Shown: positions 8,855 through 17,542 of the stretch, piece after piece
Numbering within the stretch: position 1 is the stretch's first letter
Layout of the letters: the number at the start of each line of letters is the position of its first letter
Translations under genes and position numbers: made by a program
Assembly: GCA_963665125.2 (NCBI GenBank)
Contig: CAXXUK010000001.1
Coordinates: 1,184,001 to 1,248,000, forward strand
Direction: 5' to 3'
Source: an uncultured Desulfarculus sp.
GTDB taxonomy: Bacteria; Desulfobacterota; Desulfarculia; Desulfarculales; Desulfarculaceae
DNA: 64,000 bases
Notes under the pieces: model-generated
The model's database searches: none
What the model saw: the letters and a program-made list of their open reading frames with translations, nothing else
Told to the model about the DNA's origin: nothing

Positions 8855-10492
8855 TTGCCTAAAATCTCCGGCAACACCCAGGGTCTCAAACCCAATCAAC
8901 TCAAGCTCCTGAACAACCTCTACCGCCGCCGCCTGCCGGCCGCCGAGATGATATTGCCTGAGCAAGCCAGGGCCTTGAGCGAGCTTTCTTTGGAGATCGG
9001 CCGCCAGATCGGCCTGGTGGTCAGTCGCAAGGGCGAAGTGGTCAGCGTGGTGGTGGGCGGCCCGGACGGCCTGCCCGGCGTTGATCTGAGCCGCCTGCGC
9101 CGCAGCCGTTCGCGCCTGGCCGGATATGCCCTGATTCACTCGGTATTCGGCCAGGGCGGGCTCAGCCGCGCCGATATGACATCCCTTGCGGATACGCGCT
9201 GGGACTATATCGCCGCAGTGCCCGTGGGCGCCGACGGCCTGCCCGGGCTGGTCACGGCCGCGCACCTGCTGCCCGAGCCGGTTGAAGGCCGGGACGTACG
9301 CGAACTGGACCCCTTCCCTCCCGGACGCCCCAGGGACAACTTCGCGGAACTGGTTTCATCGCTGGAAGACGAATTGGCCCGTTTGGCCCCGCCGCTGGAT
9401 GTGGAGGCCGAGGCCGCGGCGATCTTGATATGCGTGACCACCGGTTCCAGGGCCGAGGCCGAGGAGCACATGCAGGAGCTGGCGGAGCTGGCCCGTTCGG
9501 CCGGGTTGGATGTTCGCGGCAAGGTGATTCAACGCAGGAACAAACTTGATCCGCGTACGGTTCTGGGGCCGGGCCGCCTTTCGGAAGTGCTGTTGACGGC
9601 CCTTCGCCGGGGTGCCTCGGTTCTGGTATTCGACCAGGAGCTTTCCCCCAGCCAGGCGCACAATCTAGCTCTACAAACCGACAGCGGCCTAAAGGTCATC
9701 GACCGCACCCAGTTGATCCTGGATATTTTCGCCCGGCGGGCGGCCACCAGGGAGGGTAAGCTTCAGGTTGAAATGGCCCAGTTGCGCTACCTGATGCCCC
9801 GACTGAGCAGCAGGGACGACGGGCTCAGCCGTTTGACCGGCGGCATCGGCGGCCGTGGCCCGGGCGAAACCAAGCTGGAGATCGACCGCCGCCGGGTCCG
9901 GGAAAAGCTCAACCGCCTGGAAAAGGACCTCAAGCAGGTAAGTCTGCAACGCCAGCGCCGCCGGGACCAGCGCCAAAAAGGCGGGCTGCCGGTGCTGTCC
10001 ATTGTGGGCTACACCAACGCGGGCAAATCAACCCTGCTCAACGCCCTTACCGGCAGCCAGGTTTTGGTGGAAAACAAACTCTTCGCCACCCTTGACCCAA
10101 CCACCCGTCGCTTGCGCTTCCCCCAGGAGCGTGAGGTCATCGTCACCGACACGGTGGGTTTTATCCGTGATCTGCCCGATGAAATGAAAAAGGCATTTGC
10201 CGCCACCCTGGAAGAACTGGCCCAGGCTGATCTGCTTTTACATGTCGCCGATGCCTCCAACCTGCGGGTCGAGGAACAGATCGCGGCGGTGAACCGGACA
10301 TTGAATGACCTGGAGCTTGGTGAAAGGCATTCGCTGTTGGTGCTCAACAAGGCCGACAGGTGCGACGAAGAGACCATGGAGGCACTGGTCAACCGCTACG
10401 GCGGCGTAGCCGTCAGCGCCCTTGACCCCAAGACGCTGCATCCCCTGCTGGAAAAAATCGAAGACATGGCCTTCGGCTTGAAAGCGGATTAA
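8855..10492 (+). CDS. hflX: ribosome-splitting GTPase HflX (long N-terminal form)
   Basis: DRTQLILDIFA, GPGETKLE, GYTNAGKS, LFATLDPT, DTVGF, NKAD. Confidence 0.95.
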   Translation: MPKISGNTQGLKPNQLKLLNNLYRRRLPAAEMILPEQARALSELSLEIGRQIGLVVSRKGEVVSVVVGGPDGLPGVDLSRLRRSRSRLAGYALIHSVFGQGGLSRADMTSLADTRWDYIAAVPVGADGLPGLVTAAHLLPEPVEGRDVRELDPFPPGRPRDNFAELVSSLEDELARLAPPLDVEAEAAAILICVTTGSRAEAEEHMQELAELARSAGLDVRGKVIQRRNKLDPRTVLGPGRLSEVLLTALRRGASVLVFDQELSPSQAHNLALQTDSGLKVIDRTQLILDIFARRAATREGKLQVEMAQLRYLMPRLSSRDDGLSRLTGGIGGRGPGETKLEIDRRRVREKLNRLEKDLKQVSLQRQRRRDQRQKGGLPVLSIVGYTNAGKSTLLNALTGSQVLVENKLFATLDPTTRRLRFPQEREVIVTDTVGFIRDLPDEMKKAFAATLEELAQADLLLHVADASNLRVEEQIAAVNRTLNDLELGERHSLLVLNKADRCDEETMEALVNRYGGVAVSALDPKTLHPLLEKIEDMAFGLKAD

Positions 10493-10497
10493 TCGTT

Positions 10498-11445
10498 TCA
10501 GCGTCGCCGCTCTATTTCCTTGTCCAGGAAAATATGCGCCTGTTGGATGTCCTTGGCTATCTGGTCCCGCAGGGCGTCCACGGATGGAAATTTAACCTCG
10601 CCGCGCAGGCGGGCTGCGAAGATGACCACGATATGTCTGCCGTATAGGTCACCCTTGTAATCCAGCAGGTGTGTCTCGACGCTCAGTTCGCCGTTTTCAA
10701 AGGTGGGGTTGTTGCCGATGTTGGTCACGCCCTTGAGCAGGTTGCCGTCGGCATCCTTGACCAACACCGCATAAACGCCGTCGGCCGGCAGCAGCTCGTC
10801 GCTGACCTTGAGGTTGGCCGTGGCAAACCCCAGGACCTTGGCGCCCCGGCCATGGCCGGTGATGACCTTGCCGGCGATGCGGTACTGCCTGCCCAGCAAC
10901 ATCCGAGCGGCCTCCAGGTTGCCGGACTTGATCTCCTGGCGCACCCTGGTGGAACTGACCGGCCTTTCCTCAACGATAACCGGCCCGACCACGTTCAGCC
11001 CGAAACCGTGCTGCCGGGATTTCTGTTCCAATAACTCCAGGTCGCCAAGCCCCCGGTGGCCAAAGGTGAAGTCATATCCCACCACGATCTCCGAGGCCTT
11101 TAGGCGGCCCACCAGCAGCTTGTCCACGAAACCATCGGCGCTCAGGGCCGCGAAGTCTTCATCGAAGCGCACGCACAGGGCGACATCCATGCCGTTTTCT
11201 TCGATGAGCAGCAGCTTCTGCTCCAGGGGAGTGATCAATGGAAGATTCACCGCCGGGCGCAGTACGCGCATGGGATGGGGCTCAAAGGTCATGGCCACGG
11301 TGGTGCCGCCAATGGTCCCTGCCCGCTCCATGGCCTTGGCGAACAAGGCCTGGTGCCCCAGGTGCACGCCGTCAAAATTTCCGATCGTCACTACCGGCGA
11401 GGGAAATCTCTCCCGCAGTTCTTCCAAGCCTTGCAGTACGACCAT
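10498..11445 (-). CDS. ribF: bifunctional riboflavin kinase/FAD synthetase
   Basis: IGNFDGVHLGH, TFEPHP, VSSTRVR, GFATAN, NIGNNPT, ETHLLD; start at MVVLQG. Confidence 0.95.
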   Translation of the reverse strand: MVVLQGLEELRERFPSPVVTIGNFDGVHLGHQALFAKAMERAGTIGGTTVAMTFEPHPMRVLRPAVNLPLITPLEQKLLLIEENGMDVALCVRFDEDFAALSADGFVDKLLVGRLKASEIVVGYDFTFGHRGLGDLELLEQKSRQHGFGLNVVGPVIVEERPVSSTRVRQEIKSGNLEAARMLLGRQYRIAGKVITGHGRGAKVLGFATANLKVSDELLPADGVYAVLVKDADGNLLKGVTNIGNNPTFENGELSVETHLLDYKGDLYGRHIVVIFAARLRGEVKFPSVDALRDQIAKDIQQAHIFLDKEIERRR

Positions 11446-11509
11446 TTTGACTAGGTCCTCCCTTGTAAAAATCTTTATTGTTTGCTCATCCAAAAGATGA
11501 TCAAAGCCC

Positions 11510-11538
11510 TTGACAGCAGAGGGTAGTGATTATATATT
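11510..11538 (+). promoter_or_regulatory. sigma70 promoter of tRNA-Leu
   Basis: TTGACA, 17 bp, TATATT. Confidence 0.7.
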
Positions 11539-11595
11539 TCGCATCGCTGGTTGGCAAGTTCCGCATAAAATTCGCGGAATTGCCCCGCAAAAAAT

Positions 11596-11682
11596 GCCGA
11601 AGTGGCGGAATTGGTAGACGCGCTAGGTTCAGGGTCTAGTGAGTGTACGCTCGTGGGAGTTCGAGTCTCCCCTTCGGCACCA
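11596..11682 (+). tRNA. tRNA-Leu (CAG)
   Basis: GCCGAAG...CTTCGGC-A-CCA acceptor, anticodon loop TT-CAG-GG, long variable arm, GTTCGAGT T-loop. Confidence 0.97.
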
Positions 11683-11691
11683 AAAAAACAC

Positions 11692-11718
11692 AAACGCAGC
11701 CTCTCGGGGCTGCGTTTT
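11692..11718. terminator. bidirectional intrinsic terminator after tRNA-Leu
   Basis: AAACGCAGCC-tctcg-GGCTGCGTTT with A and T tracts on both sides. Confidence 0.75.
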
Positions 11719-11723
11719 GTATT

Positions 11724-12266
11724 TCAGCCTAACAAACCAATCACCTGGATTGGAACAGTTATAACCTGACGGAATTTTTCAAGATACCATTGGGTGCGCT
11801 CAAATATAACCATGGAAGATCCATCACGAGGTGAAACTTCTTTAGCAAATGCCTTTGTCGGACAAATATAAATACCAACTTTTATTAAACCAGTGACCTC
11901 TGCTGCCGCTTGAAATCGCAACAAATCTCCGCCTATGAACGATCTGTGGTTAAATGCAACGTCGATACCCACGCTCCTTTTCCAAAAGTCCATAGCCAAA
12001 TCGTTTGAAGAATCTTCAAAGACACTTTTTTCTGACTCCCAACCCAACGATACGAATTTTCTCTTTAAAATTGCGTTTATTGTAGATTGTTTTCCTTTGG
12101 CAGAGGTCTTGCCGTTTTGCACCCTCTCTTCATTTATTCTATCGAATTCTCTAGCTATTTCCTCATTGCCGACCTCATTTATCACCCTATCTACTTCTTT
12201 TTTTAGGTCATAATCTGAATTGAGGATAATATCTGCAAACCGATGAGAATATTTTAAAAAATCCAT
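11724..12266 (-). CDS. BglII/BstYI-family PD-(D/E)XK restriction endonuclease-like protein
   Basis: YSHR at the N-terminus, Q..IN......F...GWESE, DFWKRSVGIDVAFNH..FIGGDL, IKVGIYICP, FER......L......VPI.VIGL; AT-rich relative to flanks. Confidence 0.7.
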   Translation of the reverse strand: MDFLKYSHRFADIILNSDYDLKKEVDRVINEVGNEEIAREFDRINEERVQNGKTSAKGKQSTINAILKRKFVSLGWESEKSVFEDSSNDLAMDFWKRSVGIDVAFNHRSFIGGDLLRFQAAAEVTGLIKVGIYICPTKAFAKEVSPRDGSSMVIFERTQWYLEKFRQVITVPIQVIGLLG

Positions 12267-12275
12267 TATTTCCCC

Positions 12276-12310
12276 AAAAAACGAAAAAGGCCCCGGCATA
12301 TGCCAGGGCC
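12276..12310 (-). terminator. intrinsic terminator of the PEP-CTERM gene
   Basis: Minus strand GGCCCTGGC-atat-GCCGGGGCC followed by TTTTTCGTTTTTT. Confidence 0.75.
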
Positions 12311-12337
12311 AATGGTAGCTCAAATAGGTGGGCTTTG

Positions 12338-13024
12338 CTAGCTGTTGCGGCGCCTGCGCGCGAACGCCCCCAGCCCAAGGGCCGAACCCAAAAGCACCAG
12401 AGTGGCTGGCTCGGGGGTTTCGGACGCCTTTTGCGACGCCACGATCAGGTTTTGCAGCTTATCGTTGGTGATGACTTCGTAATCAAACTTGAAAGTGTAG
12501 GAGCTCAAATCAGCGGTCATCACGTCATGAAGCATTGCCTGATAAAAGCTGGTTACCGCCCCGTTTTCACTGGTCGATTGAAGATACTTGAAGGCGTCGT
12601 TGCCATGCGAGTCGAATTGGGTAACTTCCCAAACGGCCGAGGACAATGCAGTGATGGTCGCCTTGCGGGAATAACCGCTGACCGGATCATCGTCATTGAG
12701 CCCCAGAGCATAGTTGTCAAGCAGGTACGCGGCCCGCTTGTAGGCGAGATCAAAGTCGTCCCAACCGATTATGTCGAAATTACCGTCGCCCGCGTTGTGA
12801 AAGATATCAACGCAATAGCCGGTGTAGCCGCTTTGCCCGTCAATGGTCGCACTGAATTCGGCGGTATAGGCGGTCTTGTTCTTCCAGTTTTGCCCTTCGG
12901 GCCGAACCTTGGACTTGATGGTGTAGCCCAGGTCCCAACTGACATCAACCATGGCTGCGTTGGCCGCGCCGCACGAAAATACCAGAGCCAGCGTAATCGC
13001 TAATATGGTGCTAATCCTGCTCAT
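12338..13024 (-). CDS. PEP-CTERM sorting domain (exosortase target) surface protein
   Basis: Signal peptide (AANA/AM); C-terminal TPEPATLVLLGSALGLGAFARRRRNS (PEP + TM + Arg cluster); YCVDI and AVWE motifs common in this class. Confidence 0.9.
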   Translation of the reverse strand: MSRISTILAITLALVFSCGAANAAMVDVSWDLGYTIKSKVRPEGQNWKNKTAYTAEFSATIDGQSGYTGYCVDIFHNAGDGNFDIIGWDDFDLAYKRAAYLLDNYALGLNDDDPVSGYSRKATITALSSAVWEVTQFDSHGNDAFKYLQSTSENGAVTSFYQAMLHDVMTADLSSYTFKFDYEVITNDKLQNLIVASQKASETPEPATLVLLGSALGLGAFARRRRNS

Positions 13025-13688
13025 CTTCTAAGCCTCTCGATTATTGATTTGGCCTATCCCAACTATATATGTGCATATAATAACTCACAGCTGTGATTTT
13101 TTCAAAGTTTTTACCGGATTCTAATCATAAAAAAATGTTCATCACCGCTACCACGCAGTCTTCCTATTGCTAAATAGGCTCCGTTTGGGCACCAATCATG
13201 TGAATTTTTGGCCTAATTATGAAGGCCATCTCGCTATAATCACGATGAATAGGTATTCAGCTTTAAAAAAATGTAAAAAATGCTCATTTGAAGCCCAAAG
13301 ATGGTTGATTTTTTAAGTCTCAGTAGGATAGCATTTTTCGTGTTCGGCACGGATTGCAGAAAACGGCTCATTTTTGGGGTCGTGCAAGTTGTAAGCACCG
13401 AGGAGGAAGACAATACCGTGTTCAATTCCTATTGACCAAACAAGTGGTCGGGGCCAGCAATAATGAAATAGCTGGCCACTTTTATTGCCATGGCGGATGT
13501 AAGGGCTCGGTTTAAATCCAAATCCTACTCATCCAACAACTAGCTGATACTGGATAAACGTAGGCTTGGGCTATACCAGGCCAATTAACACCTTTTCGCT
13601 TGAGGTGATTACCACTCGTCAGTTTTTCCGGACAGAAACCGGAACCTCGATGTAGCTGGCGCCTCAATACTTCACAGGAGCGGCGTCT

Positions 13689-14735
13689 ATGGAGATGAAG
13701 CGGGATTACTATGAGGACATACGTCTGCTTGACAGCGGCGCCCAGTGGTTCTGGTTCCTTTTCCTGCTTGCTGTCTTGACGGCCCTGCCATTCATGTTTG
13801 GATCTTACGAGATCTATACAATCAACCTCATTGCCATCAATATTATTGTTGCTCTGGGGCTGAACGTTTTGGTGGGTTACACCGGACAAATCAGCTTGGG
13901 TCATGCAGGGTTCTTTGCCATAGGTGCCTATGGCACACTGGCTCTAATGAAGATAGGCTTACCGTTCGTAGCCGCGTTGCCTTGTGGTGGTCTTCTGGCC
14001 GCTCTATTCGGCTTTTTGCTGGGCTTGCCCGCCCTGCGCCTTGAAGGCCCCTACCTTGCCATAGCCACCTTGGGTTTCGGCCTGACGATCACCCAGATAT
14101 TGGGACGCATCGACTGGCTGGGCGGTCACATGGGCCTGCAGGCACCGGAACTCAACATCTTCGGATGGGTGGTCAACACTGACGCTGAACGGTATGCCAT
14201 CATCATGCCGATAACCGTGATCTCAGCCATCGCTCTGCGAAACCTGACCCGAACAAAGATCGGCAGGGCCTTCGTGTCCATCCGCGACAGCGAAATCGCC
14301 GCAGAGTGCATCGGTGTCAACATTACCTATTTCAAGACACTGTCTTTCGCGGTCAGCGCATTTTTCACTGGCATAGCCGGTGGCCTGATGGCCTTCATTC
14401 TTGGTTTCATCAGCCCCAACACATTCAACCTCATGGTCTCGGTAATGTTCCTGGCCATGATTGTCGTTGGCGGATTGGGCTCAATCCTCGGTTCTGTCAT
14501 GGGGGCTATTCTGATCACCTACTTGGGCCAGGAACTTGAAAAAATCAGCGAACTGCCCATGGTCGGTCCCTTGCTCCTGGAATTGAGCGAAAAGTATCTC
14601 TCCGTAAACGGACTGCCCAACGTACAGTTTGTCGTATTCGGTTTGATCATGGTGCTGATCGTGATTTTCGAACCCCTGGGCCTATACGGCCTATGGATAA
14701 GAACCAAGATCTACTGGCGCACATGGCCATTTTAA
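13689..14735 (+). CDS. livM: branched-chain amino acid-type ABC permease
   Basis: GYTGQISLGHAGFFAIGAY, LRLEGPYLAIATLGF, IRDSEIAA, VVGGLGS. Confidence 0.88.
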   Translation: MEMKRDYYEDIRLLDSGAQWFWFLFLLAVLTALPFMFGSYEIYTINLIAINIIVALGLNVLVGYTGQISLGHAGFFAIGAYGTLALMKIGLPFVAALPCGGLLAALFGFLLGLPALRLEGPYLAIATLGFGLTITQILGRIDWLGGHMGLQAPELNIFGWVVNTDAERYAIIMPITVISAIALRNLTRTKIGRAFVSIRDSEIAAECIGVNITYFKTLSFAVSAFFTGIAGGLMAFILGFISPNTFNLMVSVMFLAMIVVGGLGSILGSVMGAILITYLGQELEKISELPMVGPLLLELSEKYLSVNGLPNVQFVVFGLIMVLIVIFEPLGLYGLWIRTKIYWRTWPF

Positions 14736-14774
14736 CCTCAACCCTGACTTTAGCCTTTATTTAAAGGAGGAAAC

Positions 14775-15650
14775 ATGCTCGGCCAACTCTTAGTCAGTGG
14801 AATTGCCATCGGTGCCACCTACGCGCTAATGGCACTGGCCATGGTCGTTATCTATAAAACCAGTGAGGTGCTGAACTTCGCCCAGGGCGACATGGGCATG
14901 ATCAGCGCTTTCATCGCCTATACGATGATGGAATCCCTTGGCTACGGCTACTGGGTATCGTTCCCGGTCGCCATTTTGTTCGCCTTTTGCCTCGGCGCGT
15001 TTTTGGAATTCGCATTCCTGCGCAGGGCAAAGGAACCCAACCTGTTGGGCCTTATCATCATTACCCTGGGCATCCAGATGATCCTATACGGCGTGGCTTC
15101 CTGGAAATGGGGCGCCGACCAGAAAATGTTCCCCTTCCCGGTTAGCGACTTTGACGTCCACGACCTGGGCGGCGGCGTTGTCATCAGCGACCTTAACTTG
15201 GTCACGCTGGGCGTCGCCTTTGCCTTGATGATCATGCTGTTCTCGTTCTTCCGCTACACAAAATCCGGCGTAGCCATGAAAGCCACCCAGCAAAACGCCC
15301 AGGTGGCCAAGCTGATGGGTATTCGCGTAAACCGCATTTTAATGATGACCTGGGGAATCAGTTCGGTAATCGGCGCGGCCGCCGCGTTCCTGATCGCCTC
15401 CACTGACACCCTGGACCCCAACCTCATGTGGACGCCGCAGCTCAAGGGCTTTTCCGCGGCGGTTTTGGGCGGCATGACCTCCCTGGTGGGTCCCGTGGCC
15501 GGTGGATTCCTCCTGGGAGTCATCGAAAACCTGTTCGGAGGTTACGTCTCAATTGAATTCAAAAGCGTTGTTGCTTTCGGCGTAATCGTTTTGGTGCTGT
15601 GCTTCAAGCCCAGTGGCTTGTTCGCCAAGCATTACGTGCGCAAGGTCTAA
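14775..15650 (+). CDS. livH: branched-chain amino acid-type ABC permease
   Basis: YALMALAMVVIY...LNFAQG, FSAAVLGG, KPSGLF; RBS AGGAGG. Confidence 0.88.
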   Translation: MLGQLLVSGIAIGATYALMALAMVVIYKTSEVLNFAQGDMGMISAFIAYTMMESLGYGYWVSFPVAILFAFCLGAFLEFAFLRRAKEPNLLGLIIITLGIQMILYGVASWKWGADQKMFPFPVSDFDVHDLGGGVVISDLNLVTLGVAFALMIMLFSFFRYTKSGVAMKATQQNAQVAKLMGIRVNRILMMTWGISSVIGAAAAFLIASTDTLDPNLMWTPQLKGFSAAVLGGMTSLVGPVAGGFLLGVIENLFGGYVSIEFKSVVAFGVIVLVLCFKPSGLFAKHYVRKV

Positions 15651-15791
15651 TGACCTGGCGGCCTTGGACCCGGCTTTTAGCACGACCCAAGGCACCGGCG
15701 ATGCCAAACGCAACAACGAATGGATTTAATGAATTAAATAATCGAAACTGGTCGGCCCTCCAACAAGGCCGCCCGATCACGGCGAGGCGCC

Positions 15792-16595
15792 ATGGCGATT
15801 TTTGAAGTAAAAAACCTATCAATGATCTTCGGCGGTCTGACTGCCTTGGACAAGGTCTCTCTCAGTGTTGAAAAAGGTTCGATCACCGCGGTGATCGGCC
15901 CCAACGGTGCGGGCAAGACGACTCTGTTCAACTGCATCTCCGGCTTGTACAAGCCAACCATCGGAGATATCTACTTCAACGGTCAGAAGATTACCGGCAA
16001 GAAGCCCCATCAAATAGCCGCCATGGGCGTGGGGCGCACTTTCCAGAACATCGAGCTTTTCAGCAATATGACCACCCTGGAAAACCTGATGCTGGGCAGG
16101 CACCTGCACATGAAGACAGGGCTCTGGTCAAGCTGCACATGGTGGCGCAGGGGTTCCAAGGCCTGCCAGATGGAAATCAACCATCGCGAAAAGGTCGAAG
16201 AAATCATCGATTTCCTTGACTTGCAATCGGCCCGCGACCGTTTCGTGGGCGGACTGCCCTACGGCACCCAAAAGGTCGTCGAATTGGGCCGGGCCCTGGC
16301 CACCGAGCCGCAGCTTCTGCTGTTGGACGAACCCGTGGCCGGCATGAACCTGGAGGAGAAACAAGACCTTCTGTTCTGGCTACAGGATATCAAGGAAGTA
16401 TTCGGGGTGACCCTGTTGATTATCGAGCACGACATGCGCATGGTCATGCAGATCAGCGACGACGTCATGGTGCTCAACTACGGCGAGCCCATTGCCTACG
16501 GCAAACCCGAGGAAGTCCAGAAGAACCCCGAGGTTCTCGCAGCATATCTTGGCGATACCGAAGCAGCCAACATCCCGGGAGGCAGTGATGCTTGA
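15792..16595 (+). CDS. livG: ABC transporter ATP-binding protein (LivG-type)
   Basis: GPNGAGKT, RTFQN, LPYG, LLLDEP, IEHDM. Confidence 0.88.
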   Translation: MAIFEVKNLSMIFGGLTALDKVSLSVEKGSITAVIGPNGAGKTTLFNCISGLYKPTIGDIYFNGQKITGKKPHQIAAMGVGRTFQNIELFSNMTTLENLMLGRHLHMKTGLWSSCTWWRRGSKACQMEINHREKVEEIIDFLDLQSARDRFVGGLPYGTQKVVELGRALATEPQLLLLDEPVAGMNLEEKQDLLFWLQDIKEVFGVTLLIIEHDMRMVMQISDDVMVLNYGEPIAYGKPEEVQKNPEVLAAYLGDTEAANIPGGSDA

Positions 16596-17355
16596 GGTTA
16601 AAAACATCGAAACCCTCTACGGGTTGATCATGGCCCTGCGCGGCGTCTCGCTTCAGCTGGAAGAGCACAAGATCACGGCGATCCTCGGTTCAAACGGCGC
16701 GGGCAAATCCACACTGATCAAGACGATCATGGGCCTGCTGGATGACCAGCCCGACAAGGGCTCCATCGAACTTGACGGCAAGCGCATCGATAAAAAGGAA
16801 ACCGAGGACATAGTCCGCATGGGCTTGGCCTTTGTTCCTGAAGGCCGCGAGGTTTTCGAGGAGCTGACGGTCCTGGAAAACCTGCAAATGGGGGCCTATA
16901 CCCGCAGGGGCGGCGACGCCAAAAAAGACTTGGACTGGGTTTTCACCCTGTTCCCCAGGTTAAAAGAGCGTATCAAGCAGACAGCAGGCACCCTGTCCGG
17001 CGGCGAGCAGCAAATGGTGGCAATTGGCCGCGCCCTTATGATGCGCCCGCGCATCCTGTTCCTCGACGAGCCCTCTCTGGGCCTGAGCCCCCTTCTGACC
17101 CAGGAAATTTTCGCCACCATCAAGCAGATCAACGAGCAAGAAGGCACCACCATTCTTCTTGTCGAGCAGAACGCAAACATGGCCTTGAGCGTTTGCCACA
17201 GGGGATATGTGTTGGAGAACGGTCGTTTCGTGCTGGATGGCACAGCTAAGGACCTGATGGAAAACGAAGACGTGAAGGAATTTTACCTTGGCGTCAAGAG
17301 CGATGTCTCAGTCAAAGGTTATCAGCGTTATAAGCGCAAAAAGCGCTGGAATTAA
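16588..17355 (+). CDS. livF: ABC transporter ATP-binding protein (LivF-type)
   Basis: GSNGAGKS, VPEGR, LSGGEQQM, DEPSLGL, VEQN; start MLEVK with RBS GGAGG. Confidence 0.88.
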   Translation: MLEVKNIETLYGLIMALRGVSLQLEEHKITAILGSNGAGKSTLIKTIMGLLDDQPDKGSIELDGKRIDKKETEDIVRMGLAFVPEGREVFEELTVLENLQMGAYTRRGGDAKKDLDWVFTLFPRLKERIKQTAGTLSGGEQQMVAIGRALMMRPRILFLDEPSLGLSPLLTQEIFATIKQINEQEGTTILLVEQNANMALSVCHRGYVLENGRFVLDGTAKDLMENEDVKEFYLGVKSDVSVKGYQRYKRKKRWN

Positions 17356-17368
17356 AGTCCATTACCCT

Positions 17369-17397
17369 AAGCTCCGGCATTCGCCGGAGCTTTTTTT
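17369..17397 (+). terminator. intrinsic terminator of the liv operon
   Basis: AAGCTCCGGC-attc-GCCGGAGC followed by T7. Confidence 0.85.
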
Positions 17398-17542
17398 ACC
17401 CCTTTCCGCCTCCTCGAAACAGTGTACATTTTGCTGAACGATGGGCTATCATGTTTACGGCCTATTTTCCATATCCTCTGCTTCGCACCACCAGCCGCAT
17501 GATTCAACAAGGGATACGCTCTTTTTCCTAACGGAGGTTCTG

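Noticed and set aside
11596..13688. Intact genomic island at tRNA-Leu
   Set aside because: No integrase and no convincing duplicate of the tRNA 3' end (only an 8-bp TTCGGCAC near 13343).
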